Positions 1 through 7,388 of a stretch of 15,670 bases of DNA are shown here, piece by piece; position 1 is the first letter of the stretch, and the number at the start of each line of letters is the position of its first letter. Location of the stretch: positions 1 to 15,670 of IMG/VR virus record IMGVR_UViG_2778261161_000003; one strand, given 5' to 3'. A program made the position numbers and the translations under genes. This DNA is from a virus. Lineage: Duplodnaviria; Heunggongvirae; Uroviricota; Caudoviricetes. The notes under the pieces were generated by a model. That model was given only the letters and a program-made list of their open reading frames with translations, did not search any database and had not been told where the DNA came from.

Positions 1-174
1 ATGGGATTGCTGAACAGGAACGATGTTGAAGTTGAGCTGCATCTTTGCATCAGGGATGATGAACCCAAGACTGCAAAGGTGAAATTACGAAGTCTTAAGG
101 ATATTGATGCGTGTGAGCGTCTGATTGATAAACTTGCTGCAGTGGTCGTAACTCCAAAACAGGATAGCGGGTAA
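1..174 (+). CDS. Hypothetical 57-aa ORF starting at the window edge; may be the 3' end of a longer gene
   Basis: ATG at 1 with in-frame TAA at 172-174, followed by a hairpin plus T-tract at 219-247. No family recognised. Not in the ORF track (under 60 aa). Confidence 0.3.
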   Translation: MGLLNRNDVEVELHLCIRDDEPKTAKVKLRSLKDIDACERLIDKLAAVVVTPKQDSG

Positions 175-218
175 ATAGCACAGCGGTTGTTTTGCATTGT
201 GGTTGCACCAAAAGAAAA

Positions 219-247
219 CCCGCAGGTTTTATGCTGCGGGTTTTTTT
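219..247. terminator. Bidirectional intrinsic terminator
   Basis: Stem CCCGCAG (219-225) / CTGCGGG (234-240) with 8-nt loop, then T7 (241-247) on the plus strand; an A-rich run upstream gives a T-tract on the minus strand too. Placed to end both the plus-strand ORF 1-174 and the minus-strand hok transcript. Confidence 0.6.
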
Positions 248-329
248 GTTGCGTTCATGTCTGGAATGGGTGCGTTTCGACCGCCTTTCGCAACCGAATG
301 ACGGGGGATTGCTCCCCCGTCGCGGTTTC

Positions 330-470
330 TTACTGTTTACACTGCAAGAACGCCGCAAACTCCGCTCCCCAAAAGCTCATCCGGATTTCGCAGAGTGACC
401 CCTGCAGCATCCAGATGATGAGGATTGCCGTCACGCATAGGGTGATGGCGGTTAGCGATTTTTGCGACAT
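330..470 (-). CDS. Hok/Gef-family type I toxin, 46 aa
   Basis: Minus-strand translation MSQKSLTAITLCVTAILIIWMLQGSLCEIRMSFWGAEFAAFLQCKQ. One N-terminal hydrophobic helix, conserved SLCEIR motif and C-terminal E-x-AAFL-x-C tail, as in Hok/Gef/RelF toxins. Strong SD GGAGG (revcomp of 479-483) 8 nt upstream of ATG (470-468); stop TAA at 332-330. Confidence 0.8.
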   Translation of the reverse strand: MSQKSLTAITLCVTAILIIWMLQGSLCEIRMSFWGAEFAAFLQCKQ

Positions 471-655
471 AGCGCTTGCCTCCTTAGTGGAGAGGCGCTA
501 ACCTTCTACTTGCTAAGGTATGAAGTGTTAGGGCCTCGGGTTAACGTTACGTTGACTCGGGGCCTTCTCACATCTGGCCTTCGGGAAATCCTCCAACCAT
601 CAGTCGAAGGCACCCGCGCGTAATTTACCGTCTTTTGTTTATTCCGGCAATTCTG
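471..655 (-). promoter_or_regulatory. hok mRNA leader and promoter region; expected location of a cis-antisense Sok-like RNA on the plus strand
   Basis: Minus-strand sigma70-like promoter: -35 TTGCCG (650-645), 17-bp spacer, -10 TAAATT (627-622). This gives a transcript of about 400 nt ending at the 219-247 terminator, the usual hok mRNA size. The antisense RNA itself could not be delimited by eye. No intact mok-like overlapping ORF with a start codon upstream of hok was found. Confidence 0.35.
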
Positions 656-659
656 GCCA

Positions 660-920
660 TCAGTTCCGGGGGAGGGGTAGGTTCATCTGACTGCAACCTC
701 TGTGCGAAGCTGGCAGGTCATGCCAGGGGATGCCCTCCGAAGAGTGAACGCCAGAGGCGTGTTTCGATGTGAATTTATGGAAAGCTTCCAGTGTTGAGAA
801 GCATACGCCGCATTCCAGGTTGTTACACTGGTAATATTTTTGCCGCACGGTATTCGAATCATTTTCCGGGCGACTGGTGCGGATACGGGCAGATGCGCCA
901 CAAAGCGGACAACGGAACAT
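660..920 (-). CDS. ogr: Ogr/Delta-family zinc-finger late-gene transcription activator
   Basis: MFRCPLCGASARIRTSR...QCNNLECGVCF matches the P2 Ogr C-x2-C...C-x4-C zinc-finger layout and N-terminal MFxCPLC signature. SD GGGAGG 5 nt upstream of ATG (920-918). The ORF is 86 aa against 72 aa for P2 Ogr. Confidence 0.85.
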   Translation of the reverse strand: MFRCPLCGASARIRTSRPENDSNTVRQKYYQCNNLECGVCFSTLEAFHKFTSKHASGVHSSEGIPWHDLPASHRGCSQMNLPLPRN

Positions 921-1164
921 AGCGACCTCCCTTTGCGTGGTGCTGCCGCTATTTTAAGTTGTACTAGCTCAGACTCCAACCGACAGTTTGCGTAGCCAGA
1001 ACGCAATCAAACCTGGCAATCCGCTTTGAACTCGCAGCGACAAGCGTGCGTTCTCACATAAATGAAGATTATTGGCTTTTTACCATATGTGGGAGTGGTG
1101 CTTTTGTTAGTAAAAGGTGATGATAGGTTTTTTCCTATGCACACCCATTGGTTAGTCAAGAGAA

Positions 1165-3132
1165 ATGACAGAATTTGAGATAAATAGCCCACTACTTCAT
1201 CTCGCTTTGCTTGAAACACTGAAGCGTGACGACATTCATGATGAGATAGATTTGTTTCTTCCGTTTATTGCTGTAACAGCCTCCGAAATTGGCAAGCCTG
1301 TTATTAATGAAAATGATATACAGGATAAACTTCAGCAAAACTTCGGGTTCAAGCCGCCACTGGCAGCAGTGAAGGTATTGATGACGCGAGCCAAGAAAAG
1401 AGGCCTTCTAATCCGTGAAAATTTCGCCTTTATTCCAGTGCACGAAAAAATAACTGAATGGAAAAATGGATTTGAGCATAAAAAAGAAGATGTAGAAACA
1501 TCTCTTGCAAGTCTCAAGCGTGAATTTATCATTTTTACAGAAGTCAACTTTGGTAAAAAACTATCTGATTCTGAAGCTGAAAAGTTAATTATCGGATTTA
1601 TTGAGGTTAACGTTAGTAGTGTGATAAGTCATAGGGCTTATCATCGAATGGAACAAGCAGAACGTATTAAAAATACTAATCATGTTATTGCATCTTTTAT
1701 TAGTCATATTCACCGAAACCAACCAAGAATTTTAGAAGATTTCAGTCGATGTGTAAAAGGTATGTTACTGGCTAACTATCTCTTTTATGCAGATAAGGCC
1801 ACAGATAAAAAATCTTATAAGGGAATAACAGTTTACCTTGACTCTCCTATAGTCATTGGCATGCTTGGATATAGTGGACGCCAAGCAAAAGAGGCATATA
1901 CAGATTTTTTAAATCTTCTAAAATCACTAAGTATTGAGATAGTCATATTTGACCGTACACTTAATGAAATTGAAGGTTTACTATATGCATGGAAAAATGA
2001 TATTTCGAAGAAACGTTATGACCGTTTCAATACGAAGACACTTGAGTGGTTAAGGGCGCAAGGTTATGATGCTGAGCGTATTGATACTGACCTTAAGCTA
2101 CTTGAAAGTAATATCAATAAGCTTGATATCAATATTAAACTTGGTTTTACTCCGAAAACAAAGTTTCAATGCGATGAAGCTAAACTCCAGAGTGCTATTG
2201 GTCGGGCTTTTCACAGAGACAAAAATCTTGAGCACGATACTATTTGCATTTCCCGCATACATAATATGCGGGAAGGTAGAGTGATCAATAATCTTAGCCA
2301 GTCTTTTAGTGTTTTTGTTACGCCTAATACTAGCCTCGTCAAGGAAGCTAATGATTTTTTCCGTCATGATACTAAGCGCCAAGCTATTCCAGTCGTCGTT
2401 TCTGAACAGTGGATGACGGCTATGTTCTGGCTAAAAAAGCCAGATATTTATGCTCAACTACCTCAAGAGCAGCTTCTTTCAACGGCCTACAGTTTATTGT
2501 ACACCGACGATCGATTCTGGGAAGCTTTCATAAATCGTCTCGAAAATCTTGAAAAACGAGGAGATATTACTCAGGATGAGTTTCTTCAGATCCGCTGGGA
2601 TAGTGATCTTCTTCGGCTTGTGCATGATGTATCTGTCGATGTGGGAGAGGATTTTTCCGAGGAAGATGTTTTTGACGTGGTTAACACAATCAAGCGAAGG
2701 CATGAGGAAAAACATCAGAGTGATATGGCAGAGCTAGAAGACCGTGGCCGACAGGAACTAGAGAGTTTGCGTCAAAAAACATCCACACAACTTCAGACGA
2801 TTAATCTGGAAAAACAAGCTGCGCAGGCAAGAATTGAATCTTTAGAGCGAAAAATACGCAAGGGTAGTGCCTTTCTAGCTGGCGCTTTAGCTTGGTTTTT
2901 TAGTGGATTGCTGGTCTTTTCTCTTTGTCTGGCTGCTGTCAAAGGAATTCCCGATGAAATGCAGCCCGCTATGTTTAGAAGTGACTTATTCAGAGGAAAT
3001 CTGGTAGGTGTTAGCATAATTGTTACTTCATTATTTGGAGTGCTCAGTAGTGTTACAGGAATTGATTTAGCCATTTGTCATAAATTCATAAAATCACGTA
3101 TTGAAAAATGGTTTTTTTCATTATTTAGTTGA
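1165..3132 (+). CDS. Hypothetical 655-aa protein: large soluble N-terminal region, coiled coil, two C-terminal transmembrane helices; AT-rich cargo gene
   Basis: Long uninterrupted ORF in a visibly AT-rich segment. Heptad-like charged region at about aa 520-570 (ELEDRGRQELESLRQ...IESLERKIRK), then hydrophobic helices AFLAGALAWFFSGLLVFSLCLAAV and LVGVSIIVTSLFGVLSSVTGIDLAI. No Walker A or other catalytic motif recognised. Start ATG 1165 has only a weak SD. Confidence 0.7.
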   Translation: MTEFEINSPLLHLALLETLKRDDIHDEIDLFLPFIAVTASEIGKPVINENDIQDKLQQNFGFKPPLAAVKVLMTRAKKRGLLIRENFAFIPVHEKITEWKNGFEHKKEDVETSLASLKREFIIFTEVNFGKKLSDSEAEKLIIGFIEVNVSSVISHRAYHRMEQAERIKNTNHVIASFISHIHRNQPRILEDFSRCVKGMLLANYLFYADKATDKKSYKGITVYLDSPIVIGMLGYSGRQAKEAYTDFLNLLKSLSIEIVIFDRTLNEIEGLLYAWKNDISKKRYDRFNTKTLEWLRAQGYDAERIDTDLKLLESNINKLDINIKLGFTPKTKFQCDEAKLQSAIGRAFHRDKNLEHDTICISRIHNMREGRVINNLSQSFSVFVTPNTSLVKEANDFFRHDTKRQAIPVVVSEQWMTAMFWLKKPDIYAQLPQEQLLSTAYSLLYTDDRFWEAFINRLENLEKRGDITQDEFLQIRWDSDLLRLVHDVSVDVGEDFSEEDVFDVVNTIKRRHEEKHQSDMAELEDRGRQELESLRQKTSTQLQTINLEKQAAQARIESLERKIRKGSAFLAGALAWFFSGLLVFSLCLAAVKGIPDEMQPAMFRSDLFRGNLVGVSIIVTSLFGVLSSVTGIDLAICHKFIKSRIEKWFFSLFS

Positions 3133-3144
3133 CTTTTACTAAAG

Positions 3145-3180
3145 GAGAAATGCGGTTAATAATTTTGAACCGCATTTCTC
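3145..3180. repeat. Perfect 13-bp inverted repeat forming a stem-loop just after the 655-aa ORF
   Basis: GAGAAATGCGGTT (3145-3157), 10-nt loop, AACCGCATTTCTC (3168-3180). No U-tract on either strand, so it is not a canonical intrinsic terminator. Confidence 0.45.
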
Positions 3181-3314
3181 TGGGCTGTTATCTGATATAA
3201 TTAGTATCCATATCTAGTACAGATGAGGCTGTTAGAAGTGTCAAAACAACCTACGGTGGATAGAATTGACTGTGTGTCCAACGTTGAGAGGGATAATGTA
3301 ATAAAGCATTATCA

Positions 3315-3680
3315 GTGCACAATAGACATCTAGGGGGAACCTTGGCTAAGGTGACCAGAATTCAGGCCGGGCAATATGCAGTAGATGATGGGCGTTTCAT
3401 CGTAAAAAATAGCTCAGGATGGCTCGTTGTTGATGTTAATGGCACCCATGATTTTGGGCCTGTTCCAACGCTAGCAGCAGCGAAACAATATGTTGAGTCT
3501 GGCGCGGTTCCGTTAGGGCAACATAATTTGTCTACAGTACATGGCCGCAGACAAAGCAAAAAAGAGTTTAATGCATATCTGGCATCTGAAGCTAAGAATG
3601 GTAATCCAATGCCAGCTATTCTTTGGATCATTGTTCTTTGTATCATCGGTGGTGTTGTCTTGGCTGTGAGAGGTTATTAG
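3315..3680 (+). CDS. Hypothetical small protein (about 109-121 aa) with a C-terminal transmembrane anchor
   Basis: ORF ends in hydrophobic segment AILWIIVLCIIGGVVLAVRGY. Start ambiguous: ATG 3315 or in-frame GTG 3351 downstream of AGGGGGAA. Same strand as the 655-aa gene. Confidence 0.45.
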   Translation: MHNRHLGGTLAKVTRIQAGQYAVDDGRFIVKNSSGWLVVDVNGTHDFGPVPTLAAAKQYVESGAVPLGQHNLSTVHGRRQSKKEFNAYLASEAKNGNPMPAILWIIVLCIIGGVVLAVRGY

Positions 3681-3830
3681 CTTTGGATAGATTAGCTGAT
3701 TTTCTACTCACGGATTGATGCGGATAGCTATTATCTATGTCCGCTTTCTAGCGCAGAGCGGATTGTCAGATTAGGTGGACCTGTGCCGTAAACGTGTCAG
3801 CTTTGGTCTGAGCTAATGCATCCAAGTTGT

Positions 3831-4940
3831 TCACTCTGTTTCTGCTATCCATTCAGGGATTTTTGTCTCAAGCTCAAGCCGCGTGGTAAACCCACTGTCA
3901 TCAATGGTGTGCTCGGCTTTTGCAATAATCCAGTTCTGTTTATCAATGTCGCTTTTGAATCCTGTCACCGTGCCATGCATTTCGGGGTAGAGTTCTGCGC
4001 GTCCACGCGCCAGCGTGATGGAAAAAGATGCGGCCCCGCGTTGTAGCTGCTGCCACTTTGCCGCCGCTGCGCGTCTTGCTGCCTGTTCATTCTGGTAGGT
4101 TTTGCGTAACACAAATACGTTGCCTTCCGCTCCTTCCATATAATCGCCTTCGCGGCTGCTGCTTTGCTCCTTTTTCGGTTTTGGCGGTTTGCGGCGTTTC
4201 ACGCTGACTTTTTTCTTTTTCCCGTAGTTAAGATCAAGCCAGTAGGCGCGTACACCCGTATACGCCTCGCGGTCAGCAATTCGGAACTGATGGCGATCGC
4301 CGCTGCTGCGTGTGATGGTGAACGATGGCAGCGGCTGGCCCTGTGCGTTCACGCCACCGCCTGGCATGATGAATAACAGATTTCCGCTTTTTACCGTGGT
4401 GATTGCGCCCAGCATTTCCGCCATGCGCGTAAGGAAGGACATGTCGCTTTCTTCGGTCTGGTCGGCGTGGTCGATTTCGATATCCATCAGCATTTCGCTG
4501 ATTTGTGGTTTCAGGCCGTACCGGTGAGCAATGGCAGACACCACGCGCTCAACGGTCACATCATGCCAGGACACTTCACGCTTAACGTTAAATTCATCCC
4601 GAAAATCTGCGCTTCTGGCTGAAACAGTCAGCGTGTCCGGTGGCCCTTCGTGAGCGATTTCATCAACAATGTAAGTGCCTTTTTCGGTCAGTGGTTCTCC
4701 TTTCCAGCCAATGAGAACCGTCAGGTGAGCGCCCCGTGGCGGTAGCTGCAACTGGCCATCGGCATCATCCAGCGTGATGGTTAGCTGGTCAGCTTCAAAT
4801 CCTCTGTTGTCGGTCAGCGACAGACTCATCAGGCGCTCTGCCACGCCGGACAGCGCTTTACCTTCCGCAAGAATATCAAAATCCGGCATTTTCACGGGGT
4901 CTGCGCGCTGACTGAGTAATTGCATGGTGGTATCGGTCAT
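3831..4940 (-). CDS. D: Phage tail protein D (P2 late control gene D family)
   Basis: Translation from MTDTTMQLLSQRADPVKMPDFDILAEGKALSG onward has the overall layout of P2 gpD-family tail proteins, including the lysine-rich linker KKKKVSVKRRKPPKPKK. Start chosen at ATG 4940-4938 because of SD GGGAGG 6 nt upstream; the track ORF extends to 5072 but that N-terminal extension lacks an SD. Confidence 0.85.
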   Translation of the reverse strand: MTDTTMQLLSQRADPVKMPDFDILAEGKALSGVAERLMSLSLTDNRGFEADQLTITLDDADGQLQLPPRGAHLTVLIGWKGEPLTEKGTYIVDEIAHEGPPDTLTVSARSADFRDEFNVKREVSWHDVTVERVVSAIAHRYGLKPQISEMLMDIEIDHADQTEESDMSFLTRMAEMLGAITTVKSGNLLFIMPGGGVNAQGQPLPSFTITRSSGDRHQFRIADREAYTGVRAYWLDLNYGKKKKVSVKRRKPPKPKKEQSSSREGDYMEGAEGNVFVLRKTYQNEQAARRAAAAKWQQLQRGAASFSITLARGRAELYPEMHGTVTGFKSDIDKQNWIIAKAEHTIDDSGFTTRLELETKIPEWIAETE

Positions 4941-5097
4941 CTGCTCCCTCCCTGCGTGGCATAGTCGCATGTGCGTGCGGCGGGGGTTACTGCTTTTTGT
5001 TGTCGTCGGGCGGGGAGAACAGCGCAAGAGTGAGATTGTGCGCGTGGTGGGTGATGATTGTTGCCGAATCATTTAACGGATACAAGGGGCTGAAGCT

Positions 5098-6282
5098 ATG
5101 AGTGAAACTCGTTTTCATGGTGCCCGTGTTACGGAAAGTACCGACCTGGTAACAGCGATTAATGACGTTGATTCCAGTGTTATTGGTATCGTGGCAACGG
5201 CGGATGATGCGGACGCAAAGCAGTTCCCGCTGAACAAGCCCACGTTGCTGACCCGCGTCAATGACGTGCTGGGAAAATGCGGGACTACGGGGACGCTTTA
5301 TCGTGCGCTTAAGGCCATCGCAGACCAGGTGAGCACAAAAGTGATCGTCGTTCGCGTGGCTGAACACAAAGAAGAAGACGGTAAGACGCAGGATCAACTG
5401 GTTATCGGTGGTTCTGAATCTGACGGCAGCTATACAGGGATGTATGCGCTGCTTGTTGCAGAGCAGGATGAAAGTATCGGATACCGTCCGCGTATTCTGG
5501 CTGCGCCGGAGCTGGACACGGAGGCGGTAACAAAATCCCTGTGCGTGATTGCAGGTAAACTGCGCGCGTTTGTGTATGCCTCATGTCACGGCTGTAACAC
5601 GATGGCTGAGGCGATTACCTACCGCCAGAAATTCAACGAACGTGAGGTGATGCTCTTATGGCCGGACTTCATCGCCTACAACCCGAAAAGTGGCAAAAAC
5701 GAAACGTTCCCCGCGCCTGCCTATGCGTGCGGCCTTCGTGCGTACATTGACCATGAGCAGGGCTGGCACAAATCACTGTCCAACGTTCCGGTTAAAAATG
5801 TGCTGGGGATGTCGAGGCATGTGTTCTGGTCGTTGCAGGCCGAAGACAGTGATGCCAACAGCCTCAACAACAAAGAAATCACGACCATTATTCGTCGCAA
5901 CGGGTTCCGCTTCTGGGGCAACCGCACACCGGAAACGAACGCCTACATCTTTGAGGTGTATACCCGAACCGCACAGGTGCTGGCTGATTCAATTGCGGAA
6001 GCGCAGTTTGAAACCATCGACAGTCCACTGACGCCTGCGAACGTGAAGGATGTTATCAGTGCCATCAGGGCAAAACTGGATTCACTGGTTACTGCCGGGA
6101 AACTGATTGGCGCGGAGTGCTGGTATGACGTGGTGGATAACAGCACCACGGATTTACGTCAGGGGCGTGTGCGTATTCGCTACAAATATACGCCTGTTCC
6201 GCCACTGGAAGACATGGAGCTTTACCAGACGTTTACTGATGAATACTTTGAACCTGCATTTGCGGTGCTGGGAGGTGCCTGA
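5098..6282 (+). CDS. FI: Contractile tail sheath protein (P2 FI-like)
   Basis: 394 aa, collinear with P2 FI (e.g. WPDF, EQGWHK.LSNV, RRNGFRFWGNRT, YKYTPVPPLE). SD AAGGGG 8 nt upstream of ATG 5098. Confidence 0.9.
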   Translation: MSETRFHGARVTESTDLVTAINDVDSSVIGIVATADDADAKQFPLNKPTLLTRVNDVLGKCGTTGTLYRALKAIADQVSTKVIVVRVAEHKEEDGKTQDQLVIGGSESDGSYTGMYALLVAEQDESIGYRPRILAAPELDTEAVTKSLCVIAGKLRAFVYASCHGCNTMAEAITYRQKFNEREVMLLWPDFIAYNPKSGKNETFPAPAYACGLRAYIDHEQGWHKSLSNVPVKNVLGMSRHVFWSLQAEDSDANSLNNKEITTIIRRNGFRFWGNRTPETNAYIFEVYTRTAQVLADSIAEAQFETIDSPLTPANVKDVISAIRAKLDSLVTAGKLIGAECWYDVVDNSTTDLRQGRVRIRYKYTPVPPLEDMELYQTFTDEYFEPAFAVLGGA

Positions 6283-6794
6283 TGGCTGTGCCAAAACATC
6301 TTCGCTTTTTCACGCTGTTTGTGGATGGTGAAAACGAAGTGGGGAAGGTGACGTCCGTCACTCTGCCTAAACTGACGCGTAAAATAGACAGCTATCGTGG
6401 TGGTGGCATGATGGGGGCGGTGAGTATCGATCTCGGTCTGGATGATTCGGCTCTTGATGCGAGCTTTGTCATGGGCGGCGCGGTTCGTGAACTGTTCCTT
6501 AAGTATGGCGGCACGATTGACGGCACGCTGCTGCGCTTTGCAGGTGAATACTACACCGATGCAGAAAGCGACCTGTATGAAGTCGAAATGCGCGGACGTG
6601 TGACGGAAATTGATATGGGGGAAGCCAAACAGGGCGAAGCCACATCACACACTTACGCCATTAAAAACACCTACTACAAGCTGAGTGTTAACGATCGCCC
6701 GTTGTGGGAGATTGACCTGCTGAACTTCATTTACCGGAAGGACGGCAAGGACATTGTGCCCGATCGCATCCGTTCCGCGCTCGGGCTTGGCTGA
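6282..6794 (+). CDS. FII: Tail tube protein (P2 FII-like)
   Basis: 170 aa; MAVPKHLRFFTLFVDGENEVGKVTSVTLPKLTRKIDSYRGGGM matches the P2 FII N-terminus pattern. ATG overlaps the FI stop (TGATG), SD GGGAGGTG upstream. Confidence 0.9.
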   Translation: MAVPKHLRFFTLFVDGENEVGKVTSVTLPKLTRKIDSYRGGGMMGAVSIDLGLDDSALDASFVMGGAVRELFLKYGGTIDGTLLRFAGEYYTDAESDLYEVEMRGRVTEIDMGEAKQGEATSHTYAIKNTYYKLSVNDRPLWEIDLLNFIYRKDGKDIVPDRIRSALGLG

Positions 6795-6849
6795 TAAGTA
6801 ATATGCAGGCGGCGCAGTGCGTTGCCTCTGACTGAAAAGGAGACAACTG

Positions 6850-7224
6850 ATGAAAGACATCGATACTGAAACCCGGAATAACACCGTAGCGGATGATGTG
6901 ACGGCAGGTGAGGATATGGCTGTCGAACGTGGTGTAAAACTTTCCCGGCCAATTGAGCGTGGTGCCGAAAAAATCACATATGTGGAAATCACCGGGGCTA
7001 TTGAGCAGGCGGGATCCCTGCGTGGTCTGTCGCTGTCTGATGTGCTGAATCTGAAAGCGGATACCATGTTCACGCTGTTGCCTCGCGTGACCTCGCCACG
7101 ACTGGATGAAGTGATGATTAAAAAAATGTCGTCACGCGATTTTATTCAGTTGTGCGCTGTGGCTGTAAATTTTATGAGCGAGCCAGACTCTGGCGCGAAG
7201 AGCGTGCAGGAGACGGCAGCGTAA
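6850..7224 (+). CDS. E: Tail assembly chaperone E (zero-frame product)
   Basis: 124-aa ORF between the tube and tape-measure genes, the conserved position of gpE in P2-like tails; SD AAAGGAGA upstream of ATG 6850. Confidence 0.8.
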   Translation: MKDIDTETRNNTVADDVTAGEDMAVERGVKLSRPIERGAEKITYVEITGAIEQAGSLRGLSLSDVLNLKADTMFTLLPRVTSPRLDEVMIKKMSSRDFIQLCAVAVNFMSEPDSGAKSVQETAA

Positions 7225-7388
7225 TCACCCTGGTGTGCTTTGAGCACATCGAAGATCTGGTGGCGGATATTGCCGCCATTTTTAACTGGTCGCCCGCCGA
7301 AATCTTCATGATGACGCCCGGCGAAGTGGTTAGCTGGCGTGAGCGGGCGGCACTTCGCAGCGGGAATGCAGACAATGAAGACTCTTGA
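6850..7388 (+). CDS. E': E+E' fusion predicted from a programmed -1 translational frameshift
   Basis: The -1 frame relative to E is open from 7122 to TGA 7386-7388, overlapping the 3' end of E and running up to the tape-measure start. Same logic as P2 E/E' and lambda G/GT. The exact shift site is inferred. Confidence 0.55.
7167..7173 (+). promoter_or_regulatory. Candidate -1 slippery heptamer A AAT TTT
   Basis: Fits X XXY YYZ in the E zero frame (codons AAT 7168-7170, TTT 7171-7173), inside the E/E' overlap. An A7 run at 7120-7126 is an alternative but re-pairs less well. Confidence 0.4.

Noticed and set aside
187-501. 104-aa and 68-aa plus-strand ORFs (187-501, 192-398) and an 87-aa minus-strand ORF (95-358)
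   Set aside because: They run through the intrinsic terminator hairpin and overlap the Hok-like gene; Cys-rich nonsense composition.
471-660. mok-like leader ORF overlapping hok
   Set aside because: The only frame open across hok has a TAA 14 nt upstream of the hok ATG and no start codon before hok, so no intact mok equivalent is present.
837-872. tRNA-like TTCGAATC motif (844-851) with flanking CCGCAC/GTGCGG complementarity
   Set aside because: Lies inside the ogr coding sequence; no acceptor stem or anticodon arm could be built, so it is a chance T-loop-like match.
683-1006. 107-aa minus-strand ORF overlapping ogr in another frame
   Set aside because: The overlapping frame encodes a clear Ogr zinc-finger protein with a strong ribosome-binding site; this frame has no support.
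1062-1178. 38-aa plus-strand ORF upstream of and overlapping the start of the 655-aa gene
   Set aside because: No ribosome-binding site; it lies in the promoter/leader region.
3141-3200. Mini-ORF ATG 3150 (MRLIILNRISLGCYLI) behind an apparent AAAGGAG ribosome-binding site
   Set aside because: SD-to-ATG spacing is only 2 nt and the whole sequence is the perfect inverted-repeat hairpin; better explained as RNA or DNA structure.
4987-5397. 136-aa minus-strand ORF overlapping the FI start and the D-FI intergenic region
   Set aside because: Antisense to the sheath gene, no ribosome-binding site, no recognisable fold.
6645-7073. 142-aa minus-strand ORF overlapping FII and E
   Set aside because: Antisense to two well-supported tail genes; Ser/Pro/Arg-rich artefact composition.
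7120-7126. A7 run as the E/E' frameshift site
   Set aside because: Kept only as an alternative: the -1 frame has a TAA at 7119-7121, so P-site re-pairing would be onto UAA, whereas A AAT TTT at 7167-7173 is a clean X XXY YYZ heptamer.
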